Shown here one piece after another: positions 11,250 through 21,554 of a stretch of DNA of 64,000 bases. The stretch is from an uncultured delta proteobacterium (lineage in GTDB: Bacteria; Myxococcota; Myxococcia; Myxococcales; Anaeromyxobacteraceae). The notes below the pieces were generated by a model, which was given only the letters and a program-made list of their open reading frames with translations, had not been told where the DNA came from and did no database searches. The stretch spans positions 1 to 64,000 of the forward strand of contig CAWHDZ010000023.1 in NCBI GenBank assembly GCA_963828255.1, written 5' to 3'. A program made the translations under genes and the position numbers. Position 1 is the stretch's first letter; the number at the start of each line of letters is the position of its first letter.

Positions 11250-13091
11250 GTGCTCCTGCTCGAGATCGCAGCCCAGGGTGTCCGCGGATTCGCGCCCGAG
11301 CGGGGGCGGATCCTCTTCCGCGCGGGCTACAACGTGGTCGCCGGCGACGGCGCGGCGCTTCGCCGTGTCGTCGCGGCGCTGTTCCACACCGATCTCCCCC
11401 CCGATCCGATGCTGCGCGGCGACGGCGCCGGCACGGCCGGGGCGGTCCGGGCCGGCCTGACGCTGGCGGGCGACGACGGGGTCACCTGGCGCGTGGTGCG
11501 GGACCTCGGCGGCGGCTGCCAGCTCCAGCGCTACGACGCAGAGAAGAGGACCTTCGAGTCGGTGCTCCAGGACCCGGTCCGCATCGCCGAGGTGCTCCGC
11601 GCCGCGGGCGCGCCGTCCCCGGAGCGCTACGCAGCGGTCCTCTCCGTCGCCTCCGCCGACTTCCCGTCCCGGCAGGCGCCCGGCGGGATGGAGCGCACGC
11701 TGCCGGTCGCGGCCCCGCGCCGCACCGCCGCCGACCCGGCCGGCTCCCGGAAGAAGCTCGAGGCCGCGCGGGCCGAGCTCGAGCACGCACGGTCGGCCGA
11801 CCAGATCCAGTCGCAGATGGACACCGCGCAGTCCCGCCTCTTCAAGCTCGAGGAGATGCTCAAGTCCGGGGAGCAGGTGAAGGATCGGGTTCGCGCCGCG
11901 CAGGCCGGCATGGCCGCATTCGCCGCCGGGGAGACGGCCCTCGCCGCCCTGGGCGACCCCGGGGCCCGGCTCGCCGCCTGCGCCAAAGCCACGGCCCGGC
12001 GCGACGAGGCGCTCAAGAAGGTGGCGGCGGAGCGGGACGCGCAGGAGGGGGGCGCGAGCCCGGGATCCCGGTCGCTGCTCCAGCAGCCGGGCTTCCTCGC
12101 CGGCCTGGGCGTCGGCGCGGTGGCGCTGCTCGCCGGACTCTTCACGGATCTGAGGGCGCTGGCGCTCGCAGCCATCCCGGCCACGGGCTGGTCCGCGTTC
12201 GAGGGTCTCCGCTGGATCGGGCGGGCCGAGTCGGCGGAGATGGCGGGCCGCCGTTCCCGGTGGCTTGCCGAGCGGGAGAAGAAGGCCGTCGAGCTCTGGG
12301 AGCGGGAGACCGCCGCAGTCCGGGGCGTGATGGCCGTGGCCGGGGTGACGACGTTCGGGGAGCTCGAGGACCTGCTTGGCAGGGCGCGGGAGGCCCGGGC
12401 GAACCTCGACGAGGCCGAGGCCGGGTTCACCGCCTGGCAGGCGCGCGCCGAGACCTCGGATGCGGAGGCGGAGCGGGTGGCCGTCCAGCAGGAGATCGGG
12501 GTCCTGGAGGGGCAGCTCACCAGCGGAGCGGGCGGTTTCGTGCGGGACATCCACTCCCTGGAGCAGGAGATCGCCCGGCTGGAGCGGGAGGTGGAGGCCG
12601 GTCCCTTCGAACCGCTCGGCGAGGCGATGGTCGGGGAGTCGAGACCGACGCCGGCCCCGCGAGGGGAGGCCTTGCGGACCCTCATGGAGCGGGCCTCCGC
12701 CGACCTGGGGCTCACCCCGGGCGCGGCGCTCCGGGCCCTTCAGCCGCGGGTCATCCAGCTCCTGCCGGCGCTCTCCGGGCAGCGCCTCACCAACTTCTTC
12801 GTGGACGAGCGGGGGAACCTCCAGGTCCAGGCCGGCGGGAAGCTCGTCCCCACGGGGACGATGGGCGCGCCCGAGCGGGACGTCTGCTTCGCCGTGCTCA
12901 AGGTGGCGTTCCTCGAGCAGGGGCTCGCCGCCGGCAAGTCGGTGGCGGTGCTCGACGAGGGGTTCGGCGTCCTTCCCGAGGGCTCGCGAAAGATCCTGGC
13001 CCGAGTCCTCAAGCAGCTCGCCAAGGGGCGCCAGATCATCCACGGGACGGCCGACGTCCTCTTCCGGGAGGCGGCGGACCACGCCGGGTAG
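11250..13091 (+). CDS. SMC/Rad50/YhaN-like coiled-coil protein with degenerate ATPase head and central hydrophobic hairpin
   Basis: N-terminal LLEIAAQGVRGF..GYNVVAG strands, long coiled coils, C-terminal VAVLDE..QIIHGT; start codon uncertain. Confidence 0.7.
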   Translation: MLLLEIAAQGVRGFAPERGRILFRAGYNVVAGDGAALRRVVAALFHTDLPPDPMLRGDGAGTAGAVRAGLTLAGDDGVTWRVVRDLGGGCQLQRYDAEKRTFESVLQDPVRIAEVLRAAGAPSPERYAAVLSVASADFPSRQAPGGMERTLPVAAPRRTAADPAGSRKKLEAARAELEHARSADQIQSQMDTAQSRLFKLEEMLKSGEQVKDRVRAAQAGMAAFAAGETALAALGDPGARLAACAKATARRDEALKKVAAERDAQEGGASPGSRSLLQQPGFLAGLGVGAVALLAGLFTDLRALALAAIPATGWSAFEGLRWIGRAESAEMAGRRSRWLAEREKKAVELWERETAAVRGVMAVAGVTTFGELEDLLGRAREARANLDEAEAGFTAWQARAETSDAEAERVAVQQEIGVLEGQLTSGAGGFVRDIHSLEQEIARLEREVEAGPFEPLGEAMVGESRPTPAPRGEALRTLMERASADLGLTPGAALRALQPRVIQLLPALSGQRLTNFFVDERGNLQVQAGGKLVPTGTMGAPERDVCFAVLKVAFLEQGLAAGKSVAVLDEGFGVLPEGSRKILARVLKQLAKGRQIIHGTADVLFREAADHAG

Positions 13092-13094
13092 GGA

Positions 13095-13472
13095 GTGCCC
13101 ACCACCCGGGAGAAGGGGCGCGACGCGGAGCGGCTGGCCGAGGCCTGGCTGGTCCACCGCGGGTACGTCATCCTGGATCGCAACCACGCCACGCGGAGCG
13201 GCGAGGTGGACCTGGTGTGCCGCGACGGGCGCGTGCTCTGCTTCGTGGAGGTGCGGAGCCGGGCCGGCCGCGGGCACGGCGCGCCGGAGGAGACCGTGGA
13301 CCGGCGCAAGGCGCTGCGGGTGGTCGCGGCCGCCACCGACTGGGCCAGGCGCCACGGCTCCATGGACGACGACATCCGCTTCGACGTGCTCTCCGTGAAC
13401 GGGAGCGGCGACGCGGCGGGGTTCGAGCTCTTCCAGGGCGCCTTCGACTCCTCGGGAGGGGCGCCGGGATGA
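13095..13472 (+). CDS. yraN: YraN (UPF0102) endonuclease-like protein
   Basis: GRDAERLA..GYVILDRN..GEVDLV..FVEVRSR..IRFDV. Confidence 0.93.
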   Translation: MPTTREKGRDAERLAEAWLVHRGYVILDRNHATRSGEVDLVCRDGRVLCFVEVRSRAGRGHGAPEETVDRRKALRVVAAATDWARRHGSMDDDIRFDVLSVNGSGDAAGFELFQGAFDSSGGAPG

Positions 13473-14314
13473 GCGCCGGGACGGGCACCCTCTTCGTGGT
13501 GGCCACCCCCATCGGCAACCTGGGGGACCTCTCCCCCCGCGCGGCGCAGGTGCTGCGAACGGTGGGCGTGGTGGTCGCCGAGGACACCCGCCGGACCCGG
13601 ACGCTGCTCGCCCATGTCGACGCCCACCCCGAAGATCTGCTCTCCCTGCCGGCTTTCGACGAGGCGGGCCGGGTGGAGCGGATCGTGGCGCGGCTCGCGG
13701 GCGGCGCCTCGGTGGCGCTGGTGACCGACGCCGGAACCCCCGGGGTCTCCGATCCGGGCTGCCGGCTCGTCGAGGCCGCCTGGGAGGCGGGGGCGAAGGT
13801 GGTCCCGGTGCCAGGGCCGTCGGCGGCGCTGGCGGCGCTCTCGGCCTCGGGGCTCGCGGCGGACAGGTTCCTCTTCGCCGGCTTCCTGCCGCGCAAGGGC
13901 GGGGCGAGGGCCGAGGCGCTGCGCTGGCTCGCCGGCGTTCCGGCCACGCTGGTGCTCTTCGAGGCCGGGAACCGGGCGGCGGACACGCTCGCGGACCTCG
14001 AGGCCGCCTTCGGCGACCGCCCGGCGGCGCTGGCCCGGGAGCTGACCAAGCTGCACGAGGAGATCGCGCGCGGCCGGCTCTCGGAGCTCCGCTCCCGGTT
14101 CACCGGAGAGCTCCGCGGCGAGGTGACCCTCGTGGTGGCCGGCGTCGCCGAGGCCCCCGAGGAGGCTCCCCTCGAGCCGCCCGAGGAGGAGATCCGGCGA
14201 CGGCTGGCGGCCGGGGAGGCGCCCACGGGGGTGGCGCGGGCCATCGCGAAGGGGCGGGACCTGTCGCGGAGCGAGGCCTACGCGCTGGTGGAGCGGGTGC
14301 GGGGCCGTCGCTGA
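13469..14314 (+). CDS. rsmI: 16S rRNA C1402 2'-O-methyltransferase
   Basis: LFVVATPIGNLGDLS, AEDTR, DAGTPGVSDPG, ARELTKLHEE. Confidence 0.96.
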   Translation: MSAGTGTLFVVATPIGNLGDLSPRAAQVLRTVGVVVAEDTRRTRTLLAHVDAHPEDLLSLPAFDEAGRVERIVARLAGGASVALVTDAGTPGVSDPGCRLVEAAWEAGAKVVPVPGPSAALAALSASGLAADRFLFAGFLPRKGGARAEALRWLAGVPATLVLFEAGNRAADTLADLEAAFGDRPAALARELTKLHEEIARGRLSELRSRFTGELRGEVTLVVAGVAEAPEEAPLEPPEEEIRRRLAAGEAPTGVARAIAKGRDLSRSEAYALVERVRGRR

Positions 14315-14323
14315 GCCAGGACC

Positions 14324-15733
14324 CTAGCTCAGGTCCTCGGCGCCGCGCAGCCCCAGCTCCTTCATCTTCACCTGGAGCGACTTGCGGCTGATCTGGAGGT
14401 TCTTGGCCGCCCGGGTGACGTTCCCACCCGTGGCCTCGAGGGCCCTGGAGATGAGCGTGCGCTCCAGCTCGGCCTGTGCCTGGCGGACGATGTCCTTCAT
14501 CGACGCGCCGCTGGGAGCGGCGATGGCCCCGAGCACGCCGAGGGGGGCCACCGGGCGCCCCGGGCCGGGAGCGCGCTCCCGCAGGGTCTCGGGGAGCTGG
14601 GCCACCGTGACCAGCGCGCCGTCGGCGAAGAGCACCGAGCGCTCCATGACGTTCTCGAGCTCGCGGATGTTCCCCGGCCAGCCGTAGTTGACGAGGATCT
14701 CCATGGCCCCGTCGTCCACACGCTCGACCCGCTTTCCCAGGCGCCGGTCGTACTTCTCGATGAAGTGCTGGACGAGGAGCGGGATGTCCTCCCGGCGGTC
14801 GCGAAGCGGCGGGAGCGCGACGGGGACCACGTTGAGCCGGTAGAAGAGGTCCTCGCGGAACCTGCCGTCGGCGATGAGGGCCATGAGATCCCGGTTGGTG
14901 GCGGCGATGAGCCGCACGTCCACCCGGATGGTCTTGATGCCGCCCACCCGCTCGAACTCCGACTCCTGCAGGGCCCGCAGGAGCTTCACCTGCATCTCGA
15001 CGGGGATCTCGCCGATCTCGTCGAGGAAGAGGGTTCCCCCGTCGGCCAGCTCGAAGCGGCCGGGCTTGGCGCCCACCGCCCCGGTGAAGGCCCCCTTCTC
15101 GTAGCCGAAGAGCTCGCTCTCGACGAGGTCCTTGGGGATGGCGGCGCAGTTCACCTTGATGAGCGGCTGCGTCCGGCGCGAGCTGCCCCGGTGCAGGGCC
15201 TGGGCGACCAGTTCCTTGCCGGTGCCGCTCTCCCCGGTGATGAGGACGGTGGAGGGGGAGTCGGCGACCCGGGCGATGACGTCGTAGACCGCCCGCATGG
15301 AAGGGGACTGCCCGACCAGGGGCGGGCGCTCCCCCTCGGCCGTGGGGGGGTGGACGTGCTGCCCCTCGAGGACACGGGCCCGCGAGGCCTTGGCGATGAC
15401 CTTGCGCAGGTCGTCCTGGTCGAAGGGCTTGGTGATGTAGTCGAAGGCCCCGGCCTTCATGGCCTCGACCGCCGTGTCCACCGAGCCGTGCGCGGTGATC
15501 ATGATCACCGGGACGTCGGGGTGGGCCGTGGCCACCTGGCGGAGCAGGTCCATGCCGCCCATGCGGGGCATGACGAGGTCGGTGACCACGACGTCCATGG
15601 GGGCCCGCTGCATCGCGGCGAGCGCCTGCTCCCCGTTCTCGGCCGTGGTGACCTCGTACCCGTCCCGCTTCAGCATCGCCGCGAGGACGCGGCGGATGTT
15701 GGTCTCGTCGTCGACGATCAGGACGTGCGCCAC
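14324..15733 (-). CDS. Sigma-54-dependent response regulator (NtrC family)
   Basis: REC domain (VLIVDDE), [24 protein letters not shown], Fis-type HTH. Confidence 0.96.
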   Translation of the reverse strand: MAHVLIVDDETNIRRVLAAMLKRDGYEVTTAENGEQALAAMQRAPMDVVVTDLVMPRMGGMDLLRQVATAHPDVPVIMITAHGSVDTAVEAMKAGAFDYITKPFDQDDLRKVIAKASRARVLEGQHVHPPTAEGERPPLVGQSPSMRAVYDVIARVADSPSTVLITGESGTGKELVAQALHRGSSRRTQPLIKVNCAAIPKDLVESELFGYEKGAFTGAVGAKPGRFELADGGTLFLDEIGEIPVEMQVKLLRALQESEFERVGGIKTIRVDVRLIAATNRDLMALIADGRFREDLFYRLNVVPVALPPLRDRREDIPLLVQHFIEKYDRRLGKRVERVDDGAMEILVNYGWPGNIRELENVMERSVLFADGALVTVAQLPETLRERAPGPGRPVAPLGVLGAIAAPSGASMKDIVRQAQAELERTLISRALEATGGNVTRAAKNLQISRKSLQVKMKELGLRGAEDLS

Positions 15734-15786
15734 GGCCCGTCCTGTTAGCACGAGTGGCCGTGGAAGGGGAGCGAAGGGGACGCACG

Positions 15787-17988
15787 TCAGCCGGGGCGCC
15801 GCCGTCTCCGGGCGCGCCGGACGTCGGCCGCCCCCGGGATCGGACCGGCGGGGGGCGGCACGGCCGACTCGACCGGGATCGAGGGAAGGGAGACCGTGAA
15901 CTCGGCGCCCCCTTCCGGCGGCGCGGAGACGGAGAGGGACCCGCGGTGCGCCTTGACGATGCGCTGGCTGATGGCGAGCCCCAGGCCGGTCCCCTTCTCC
16001 TTGGTCGTGTAGAAGGGGACGAAGATGCTCTCCCGGGCCTCGGGGGGGATGCCAGGGCCGGTGTCGCGGAAGCGGACCTCGATGCGGGCGTCGCGGTAGC
16101 GGGGCTCGCGCCAGCCGTCCAGGTCGTCGCGGGCGAGGGTGGCGGTGACCCGCAGCTTGCCGCCGCCGGGCATGGCCTGGAAGGAGTTGAGCGCCAGGTT
16201 CAGGAAGACCTGCTTCAGCTGCTCGGGGTCGCACTCGACCGGGGGCAGCTCGGGCGCCACGTCGATGGCCACCTCGATGCCCTCCGGGATCTGGGGCGTG
16301 AGCAGCTTGAAGGTGCGCTGCAGGATGTCGCCCAGGTCCCCGGGCGACATGCTCGACTTGAGCGGGCGGGCGTAGTCGAGGAAGGCGGTGACCACCCCGT
16401 TGAGCCTATCGACCTCCTCGACGATGATCTCGAGGAACTCCCGGTCCTCGCCGGGGAGGCGCCGGGGGTCGAGGTACTGGGTGGCGCCCTTGATGGCGGC
16501 GAGCGGGTTGCGGATCTCGTGGGCCAGGCCCGCGGCCATCTCGCCCAGCGCGGCGAGCCGGTCGCGCTCCTTCATCTGCTGGTAGAGCTTGGAGTTGTCG
16601 ATGACCACCGCGCAGCGGTCGGCCACCTCGATGAGCGCCGCGATCTCGTCGGAGGCGAAGGCCTCCTGCACCCGCTCGTCCCAGCAGGCCAGGAATCCGG
16701 CCACCCGGTCGCCGGCCAGGAGCGGCATGCAGATGCCGGCCTTCATGAGCTCCATGGCCTCGCGGGCGTCCACGATCCGCTCCAGTTCCTGCGAGATCGC
16801 CGTGGGCATCGGCGTGGCGGTGGCGTCCCCCTTGGCGGGCGGGTACTCGGCCTGCAGGTCGGCGAGGCGGCGGTCCAGGTTCTCGAGCAGGAGGGCGCGG
16901 CGGCCGTCTCCGGCGGCGCGGAGCAGCGCGCGGGCGGTCCCGGCGTCGAGGAAGGGAACGGGCTCCGGCCCGCGGAAGGCCAGCCGCCGGTAGCCGGGGC
17001 GGTCCTCCGAGACGAGCCAGATCGACGCGTGGGTGACCCGTCGGGTCTCGGTGAGCCCGTCGAGCACGGCGCGCTCCAGATCTCCGGGGTCGATGACGTT
17101 GACCACGCGGTCGCGCAGCGTCTCCAGCTCCCGGACCAGCTCGTAGCGTTCCGGGAAGAGGTTCACCACCACCCATTCCTCGACCCTGGAGCGGATGGGG
17201 TCGAAGAGGGCCAGGATCACGAAGGAGGCCACCAGGGTGTTGAAGAAGAAGAGCCCCGGGCGCATGCCGACCCAGGAGACGAGCCCGCCATAGATGCTCG
17301 CGAGCACGATCCCGAGCAGCGTGACCACCGCGATCTTCCCGAGGAACTCGTGGAGGTCGAGCAGGCGGCGGCGCAGGAGCGCCTGCAGGAGCAGGAACAT
17401 GTACAGCGTGAGCGCCATGAACCCGAGCCCCTCGAGCGGGTAGGCGACCCCGAGACGGGGGAGGAAATCGAGGAAGGCCAGGGTCCCCACGACGGCGGCG
17501 CCGACGAGCACGTAGGTGAGCCGGGCGCGGTCGGCGCGGGTGGGCGCGGCAGCGGTCTCCCTCCACACCACCGAGAGCACGGCTGCGAGGGCGAGCAGCA
17601 CGAAGACCGCCACGAGGAGCGATGCCAGGTCCGACCGTGCCAGCGGCGAGACCGCCACCACGATGCCAAAGGCCGACCCGGCCAGCATGAGGTCCCGGGC
17701 GCGCCGCGCCGGGCGCCGCTTCACTCCCAGGAACTCGAGGAAGAAGGCCAGCGCCGCGGCCGGCAGGAGCGAGCCCGATCCGATGGCGAGCCGCTTCCAG
17801 ACGTCGTGCAAGCCCTCGGTCCCCGAGAGGCCGTGGAGGAACTCGGCGGCGGAGAAGACGAAGAGGTCGAGGGAGAGGAGGGCGAAGAGGGTGAAGGACC
17901 GGGGGCGCGCCGGGCGGAGCAGCGCGGCCCCGGCGAGCGCCAGGGCGACGATGGCGGCGAGGAGCGCTGCCTGATCGCGGATGTCCAC
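15787..17988 (-). CDS. Membrane sensor histidine kinase (multi-TM + GAF + HisKA + HATPase)
   Basis: About 8 TM segments, GAF-like region, [10 protein letters not shown]-box, [22 protein letters not shown]. Confidence 0.94.
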   Translation of the reverse strand: MDIRDQAALLAAIVALALAGAALLRPARPRSFTLFALLSLDLFVFSAAEFLHGLSGTEGLHDVWKRLAIGSGSLLPAAALAFFLEFLGVKRRPARRARDLMLAGSAFGIVVAVSPLARSDLASLLVAVFVLLALAAVLSVVWRETAAAPTRADRARLTYVLVGAAVVGTLAFLDFLPRLGVAYPLEGLGFMALTLYMFLLLQALLRRRLLDLHEFLGKIAVVTLLGIVLASIYGGLVSWVGMRPGLFFFNTLVASFVILALFDPIRSRVEEWVVVNLFPERYELVRELETLRDRVVNVIDPGDLERAVLDGLTETRRVTHASIWLVSEDRPGYRRLAFRGPEPVPFLDAGTARALLRAAGDGRRALLLENLDRRLADLQAEYPPAKGDATATPMPTAISQELERIVDAREAMELMKAGICMPLLAGDRVAGFLACWDERVQEAFASDEIAALIEVADRCAVVIDNSKLYQQMKERDRLAALGEMAAGLAHEIRNPLAAIKGATQYLDPRRLPGEDREFLEIIVEEVDRLNGVVTAFLDYARPLKSSMSPGDLGDILQRTFKLLTPQIPEGIEVAIDVAPELPPVECDPEQLKQVFLNLALNSFQAMPGGGKLRVTATLARDDLDGWREPRYRDARIEVRFRDTGPGIPPEARESIFVPFYTTKEKGTGLGLAISQRIVKAHRGSLSVSAPPEGGAEFTVSLPSIPVESAVPPPAGPIPGAADVRRARRRRRPG

Positions 17989-18029
17989 CGGGGCCAATCC
18001 TAGGCCAGATCGGCTTCCCGGTCGCGCGC

Positions 18030-18058
18030 TTGACCGGCGGCCGGTCGTCCCCCAGATT
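18030..18058 (+). promoter_or_regulatory. Putative sigma-70 promoter of the transglycosylase gene
   Basis: TTGACC, 17 nt, CAGATT, then 8 nt to ATG 18067; no SD. Confidence 0.45.
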
Positions 18059-18066
18059 CCGTCCCG

Positions 18067-20235
18067 ATGCTCCTCGTCGCCGCCGCAGCCATCCTGTTCG
18101 CCGCCTCGTCCCCCGGCGTGGTCAGCGAGGCGGACGTCCACCCCCCGGCGGCCCGGCGCACCCCGGCCGAGCTCCGCTTCCTGCGGGCCAGGAGCGCACT
18201 CGCCACGGGCGACGCCGAGCAGGCCGCCCGTGACCTCCCCGGGCTCGCCGCCCTGCTCCCGGCCATCGCCGACCGGGTGGAGGCCATGTCGGCCGCCGCC
18301 GCCGAGGCGCAGGGGGACACGGGACGGGCGGTCGAGGCCTGGGGGCGGGTGCCCAGGGAGTCGGTGCTCTGGCCGCAGGCCCGCGTCTCCATGGCGAGGC
18401 TGCTCAACGCGGACGGGAAGGGTCCGGAGGCGGTGGAGGCGCTCCGGCCTCTGCTCTCCCTCCCGGCGCCGGGCGACCTCTCCAGGGGCGACCCGGCGCC
18501 GCGCGCGCTGCTGCTCGCCGGGAAGATCCTCGCCGAGCAGCCCGGAGGAGGCGCGGAGGCGCGGCGGGTGCTGCTCGAGTGCTGGGCCGGCCACGGCCTC
18601 TCCGCCGAGGCCAGGGAGTGCCGGACGCGCATGGAGGCCCTGCCGCCTCCCGACGGGGGACCCCCGGGGGACGAGGACGCGCTGCGACGCGCCGAGGCGC
18701 TCCTCGACTGGAACCGCAACGAGCAGGCGCTGGCGGACGCGCGGCGGATCGGGGAGCGGTTCCCGCCCGTGGCGGCCGACGCGCCGCTCTCCTGCCGGGC
18801 CGCCTTCGTCCGCGGAAAGGCCCTCCGCAAGCTCCGCCAGCACGGCGACGCGGCGGCCGAGCTCGAGCCGGTGGTCGAGCTGTGCACCGACCCGGCCCTG
18901 CGCCCCCGCGCCCTCTACCTGCTCTCGGTGACGCGGTCCAACGTGGCCAACGGGGCGGGGATCGAGGCCTACCGGCGCTTCGCCCGGGAGTACCCTGAGC
19001 ACGGCCAGTCCGACGACGCCCTCTACTTCGCCTCCGACCTGCTCATGCGCGAGGGGAAGCACGACGAGGCCCTGGCGCTGCTCGCCGAGCTGGTGGAGCG
19101 CTATCCGGACGGGGACTTCCGCGCCGACGCCATCTTCCGCGAGGGCTGGACGAAGCGGCGCCGTGGCGACCTCGACGGCGCCGTGGCGGCCTTCGGGCGG
19201 ATCGAGGAGCTCTACCGCGAGTCCGACCCCTACGAGCACGCCCGGGCCATGTACTGGCGCGGGCGGACGCTGGCCCAGCGCGCCGGGAAGGGGGACCGCG
19301 ACCGGGCCAGGCAGGAATGGGTGGAGGTCGCGCGCCGCTATCCGGGCGACTACTACGGCCTGCTCTCGCGGGCCCGCCTCGCCGAGGCAGGGATCAAGGT
19401 GGCCGACCACAGGCCCGCCGGCGCGAGCCGGAAGGGGTTCCGCTACCGGTCCGGGCCGCTCGCCGGGGACCCGCACTTCCGCGCCGCCCTCGCGCTGCTT
19501 CGCCTCGGGCTCGACAAGGAGGCCGCCGAGGAGCTCAACGCCGTGGACCGGAAGGCGCTCGGCGGGAGCAAGGAGCACCCCGAGCCGCTGCTCCTGCTCG
19601 CCGAGCTCTTCGAGCAGGCCGGGGACTCCCGGGCCTCCCACCGGCTCCTGCGCGCCCAGGGGCGCCAGGTGCTCCGGGAGCCGCCCGCCGGCATGGGGCT
19701 GCGCGTGTGGCAGATGGCCTATCCCCCCGCCTGGCGCGACGTGGTGGTTCGCTTCGCCCCGGGGGCGGGCGTGCCCCCCGACCTGCTGCAGGCGCTCATG
19801 CGGGAGGAGAGCGCCCTCGACCCGGCCGTGGTCTCGTCGGCGGGAGCGGTCGGCCTCACCCAGCTCATGGTCCGCACCGCTGCCCAGACGGCCAGGCGGC
19901 TCTCACTGCCCGCCCCCTCGGCAGCCGACCTGACCGACCCACGCCTCAACATCCGGCTCGGAGCCGCCTACCTGGGAGATCTGATGAAGCGCTTCGGGGG
20001 GTCGGCGCCGCTGGCGCTGGCCGCCTACAACGCCGGGGAGGGGAACGCCCGGGCCTGGTGGCGGTCGCGTGGCTCCCTGCCCCTCGACGAGTTCGTGGAG
20101 GAGATCCCCATCCAGGAGACCCGCGGCTACGTGAAGCGGGTGCTGCGCAGCTACTCCGCCTACCGGATGCTCTACGGCCGGGACGGCGAACGACCCGTAC
20201 GGCTGGTGCAGCAGCTCCCCCCGGCGCCGCCCTGA
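18067..20235 (+). CDS. TPR-containing soluble lytic transglycosylase (Slt family)
   Basis: Signal peptide, TPR-like helices, MREES, GAVGLTQLM, AAYNAG, ETRGYVKRV. Confidence 0.93.
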   Translation: MLLVAAAAILFAASSPGVVSEADVHPPAARRTPAELRFLRARSALATGDAEQAARDLPGLAALLPAIADRVEAMSAAAAEAQGDTGRAVEAWGRVPRESVLWPQARVSMARLLNADGKGPEAVEALRPLLSLPAPGDLSRGDPAPRALLLAGKILAEQPGGGAEARRVLLECWAGHGLSAEARECRTRMEALPPPDGGPPGDEDALRRAEALLDWNRNEQALADARRIGERFPPVAADAPLSCRAAFVRGKALRKLRQHGDAAAELEPVVELCTDPALRPRALYLLSVTRSNVANGAGIEAYRRFAREYPEHGQSDDALYFASDLLMREGKHDEALALLAELVERYPDGDFRADAIFREGWTKRRRGDLDGAVAAFGRIEELYRESDPYEHARAMYWRGRTLAQRAGKGDRDRARQEWVEVARRYPGDYYGLLSRARLAEAGIKVADHRPAGASRKGFRYRSGPLAGDPHFRAALALLRLGLDKEAAEELNAVDRKALGGSKEHPEPLLLLAELFEQAGDSRASHRLLRAQGRQVLREPPAGMGLRVWQMAYPPAWRDVVVRFAPGAGVPPDLLQALMREESALDPAVVSSAGAVGLTQLMVRTAAQTARRLSLPAPSAADLTDPRLNIRLGAAYLGDLMKRFGGSAPLALAAYNAGEGNARAWWRSRGSLPLDEFVEEIPIQETRGYVKRVLRSYSAYRMLYGRDGERPVRLVQQLPPAPP

Positions 20236-20271
20236 GAGCGTGACTCCGGGTCCCGTGGTAGGGTTTCCCCG

Positions 20272-20865
20272 ATGCTCGACACCGCGGTCCTGGTCCTCAA
20301 CAGGGTCTACCAGCCGATCCACGTCACGTCGGTCCGGCGGGCCGTGTCGCTCCTCTACCAGGGGGTGGCGAGGGCCATCGACGACGAGTTCCGGCTCCTC
20401 GACTTCGAGGGCTGGGCCGAGCTGGCTGCGGCGAGCGAGGACGCAATCCACACGCCCACCCGCGCCATCCGCGTGCCCCGGGTCGTCGTGCTGGTCGCCC
20501 ACGCCCACCTGCCGCACCAACGGGTGCGCTTCTCCCGCCTGAACGTCTACGCGCGGGACGAGAGCGCCTGCCAGTACTGCGGACGGCGGCGGGCGCGCTC
20601 CGAGCTCAACCTCGACCACGTCATCCCGCGATCCCGGGGCGGCTCGACGAGCTGGGAGAACGTGGTGTGCAGCTGCGTCGCATGCAACCTGCGCAAGGGA
20701 GGCAGGACGCCGGAGGAGGCGGGCATGCGGCTGCTGCGCCAGCCCTCCCGGCCGCGGTGGACGGCGGTCTTCCGGGCGGCGGCTCGCCGCGCCATTCACC
20801 GGCAGTGGATTCCGTTCCTGGGGCTGGTGGACGCGGCCTACTGGAACGTCGAGCTGCGGGACTGA
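20272..20865 (+). CDS. HNH endonuclease (McrA-like)
   Basis: VLVLN, RD..CQYCG..LNLDHVIPRSRGG..WENVVCSCVACNLRKG. Confidence 0.93.
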   Translation: MLDTAVLVLNRVYQPIHVTSVRRAVSLLYQGVARAIDDEFRLLDFEGWAELAAASEDAIHTPTRAIRVPRVVVLVAHAHLPHQRVRFSRLNVYARDESACQYCGRRRARSELNLDHVIPRSRGGSTSWENVVCSCVACNLRKGGRTPEEAGMRLLRQPSRPRWTAVFRAAARRAIHRQWIPFLGLVDAAYWNVELRD

Positions 20866-20867
20866 CC

Positions 20868-21509
20868 GTGCGACGCATCCTCGAGCAGAGCTTCTACGAG
20901 CTCCTGGAGGTCTCCCCCTCGGCCACGCCGGAGGAGATCGAGCGCGCCTGGGAGCGGGCCCGGGTGCTCTACGGGACGGGGTCGCTGGCCGCCTACACCC
21001 TCCTCACCCCCGAGCTGGCCGCGGTCCTCGCGAGCCGCATCGACGAGGCCTTCGAGGTGCTCCTCGACCCGATGGCCCGGGCCGCCTACGACGCCAGGCT
21101 CCCCGTGGAGGATGCCCGTTCCGCGCGGCCCGCCCCGGAGCCCGCCGCCGCGCCTCCCGTCCCGGCGGCGGCGCCCACGACGCTGGCCCCGCCCGATCCG
21201 GTCCCGCCTCCGCCGGCGGTCGAGCCGCCACGCCCGTTCGTCCCCCCGGAAGGGGCAGCGTGGACCGGCGAGCTCCTGCGTCAGGCCCGAGAGGCCCGGG
21301 GGCTCACGGTGGTCCAGCTGTCCGAGCGGACCAAGCTCTCCCGGCTCCACATCGAGGCGGTGGAGGCCGAGAGCTTCACCCAGCTCCCGGTGGCCGCCTA
21401 CCTGCGGGGCATCGTCATGTGCATCGCCCGGGAGCTCCGGCTCGATGGCCAGAAGGTGGCCCGGTCGTATCTGGAGCGGGCTGCGGGGGCCTCCAGGACG
21501 GGTCGATAG
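20868..21509 (+). CDS. J-domain-like (no HPD) plus RodZ-type HTH protein
   Basis: FYELLEVSPSATPEEI..EAFEVLLDP..RAAYD; C-terminal GELLRQAREARGLT..YLRGIV. Confidence 0.8.
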   Translation: MRRILEQSFYELLEVSPSATPEEIERAWERARVLYGTGSLAAYTLLTPELAAVLASRIDEAFEVLLDPMARAAYDARLPVEDARSARPAPEPAAAPPVPAAAPTTLAPPDPVPPPPAVEPPRPFVPPEGAAWTGELLRQAREARGLTVVQLSERTKLSRLHIEAVEAESFTQLPVAAYLRGIVMCIARELRLDGQKVARSYLERAAGASRTGR

Positions 21510-21520
21510 CGGTCTCCATC

Positions 21521-21548
21521 TTGACCGGCGCGAGGGGCGGGCTAGCAT
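21521..21548 (+). promoter_or_regulatory. Putative sigma-70 promoter giving a leaderless transcript
   Basis: TTGACC, 16 nt, TAGCAT, 6 nt, ATG 21555. Confidence 0.6.
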
Positions 21549-21554
21549 CAGCGG

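Noticed and set aside
15787..19641. 1284-aa ORF as one giant kinase
   Set aside because: The region above 17988 is antisense to the Slt gene; the kinase sequence begins at VDIRDQ with a -10 element just upstream.
20272..20865. HNH gene as a mobile homing endonuclease or defence island
   Set aside because: Host-like codon usage; no intron, methylase or mobility genes nearby.
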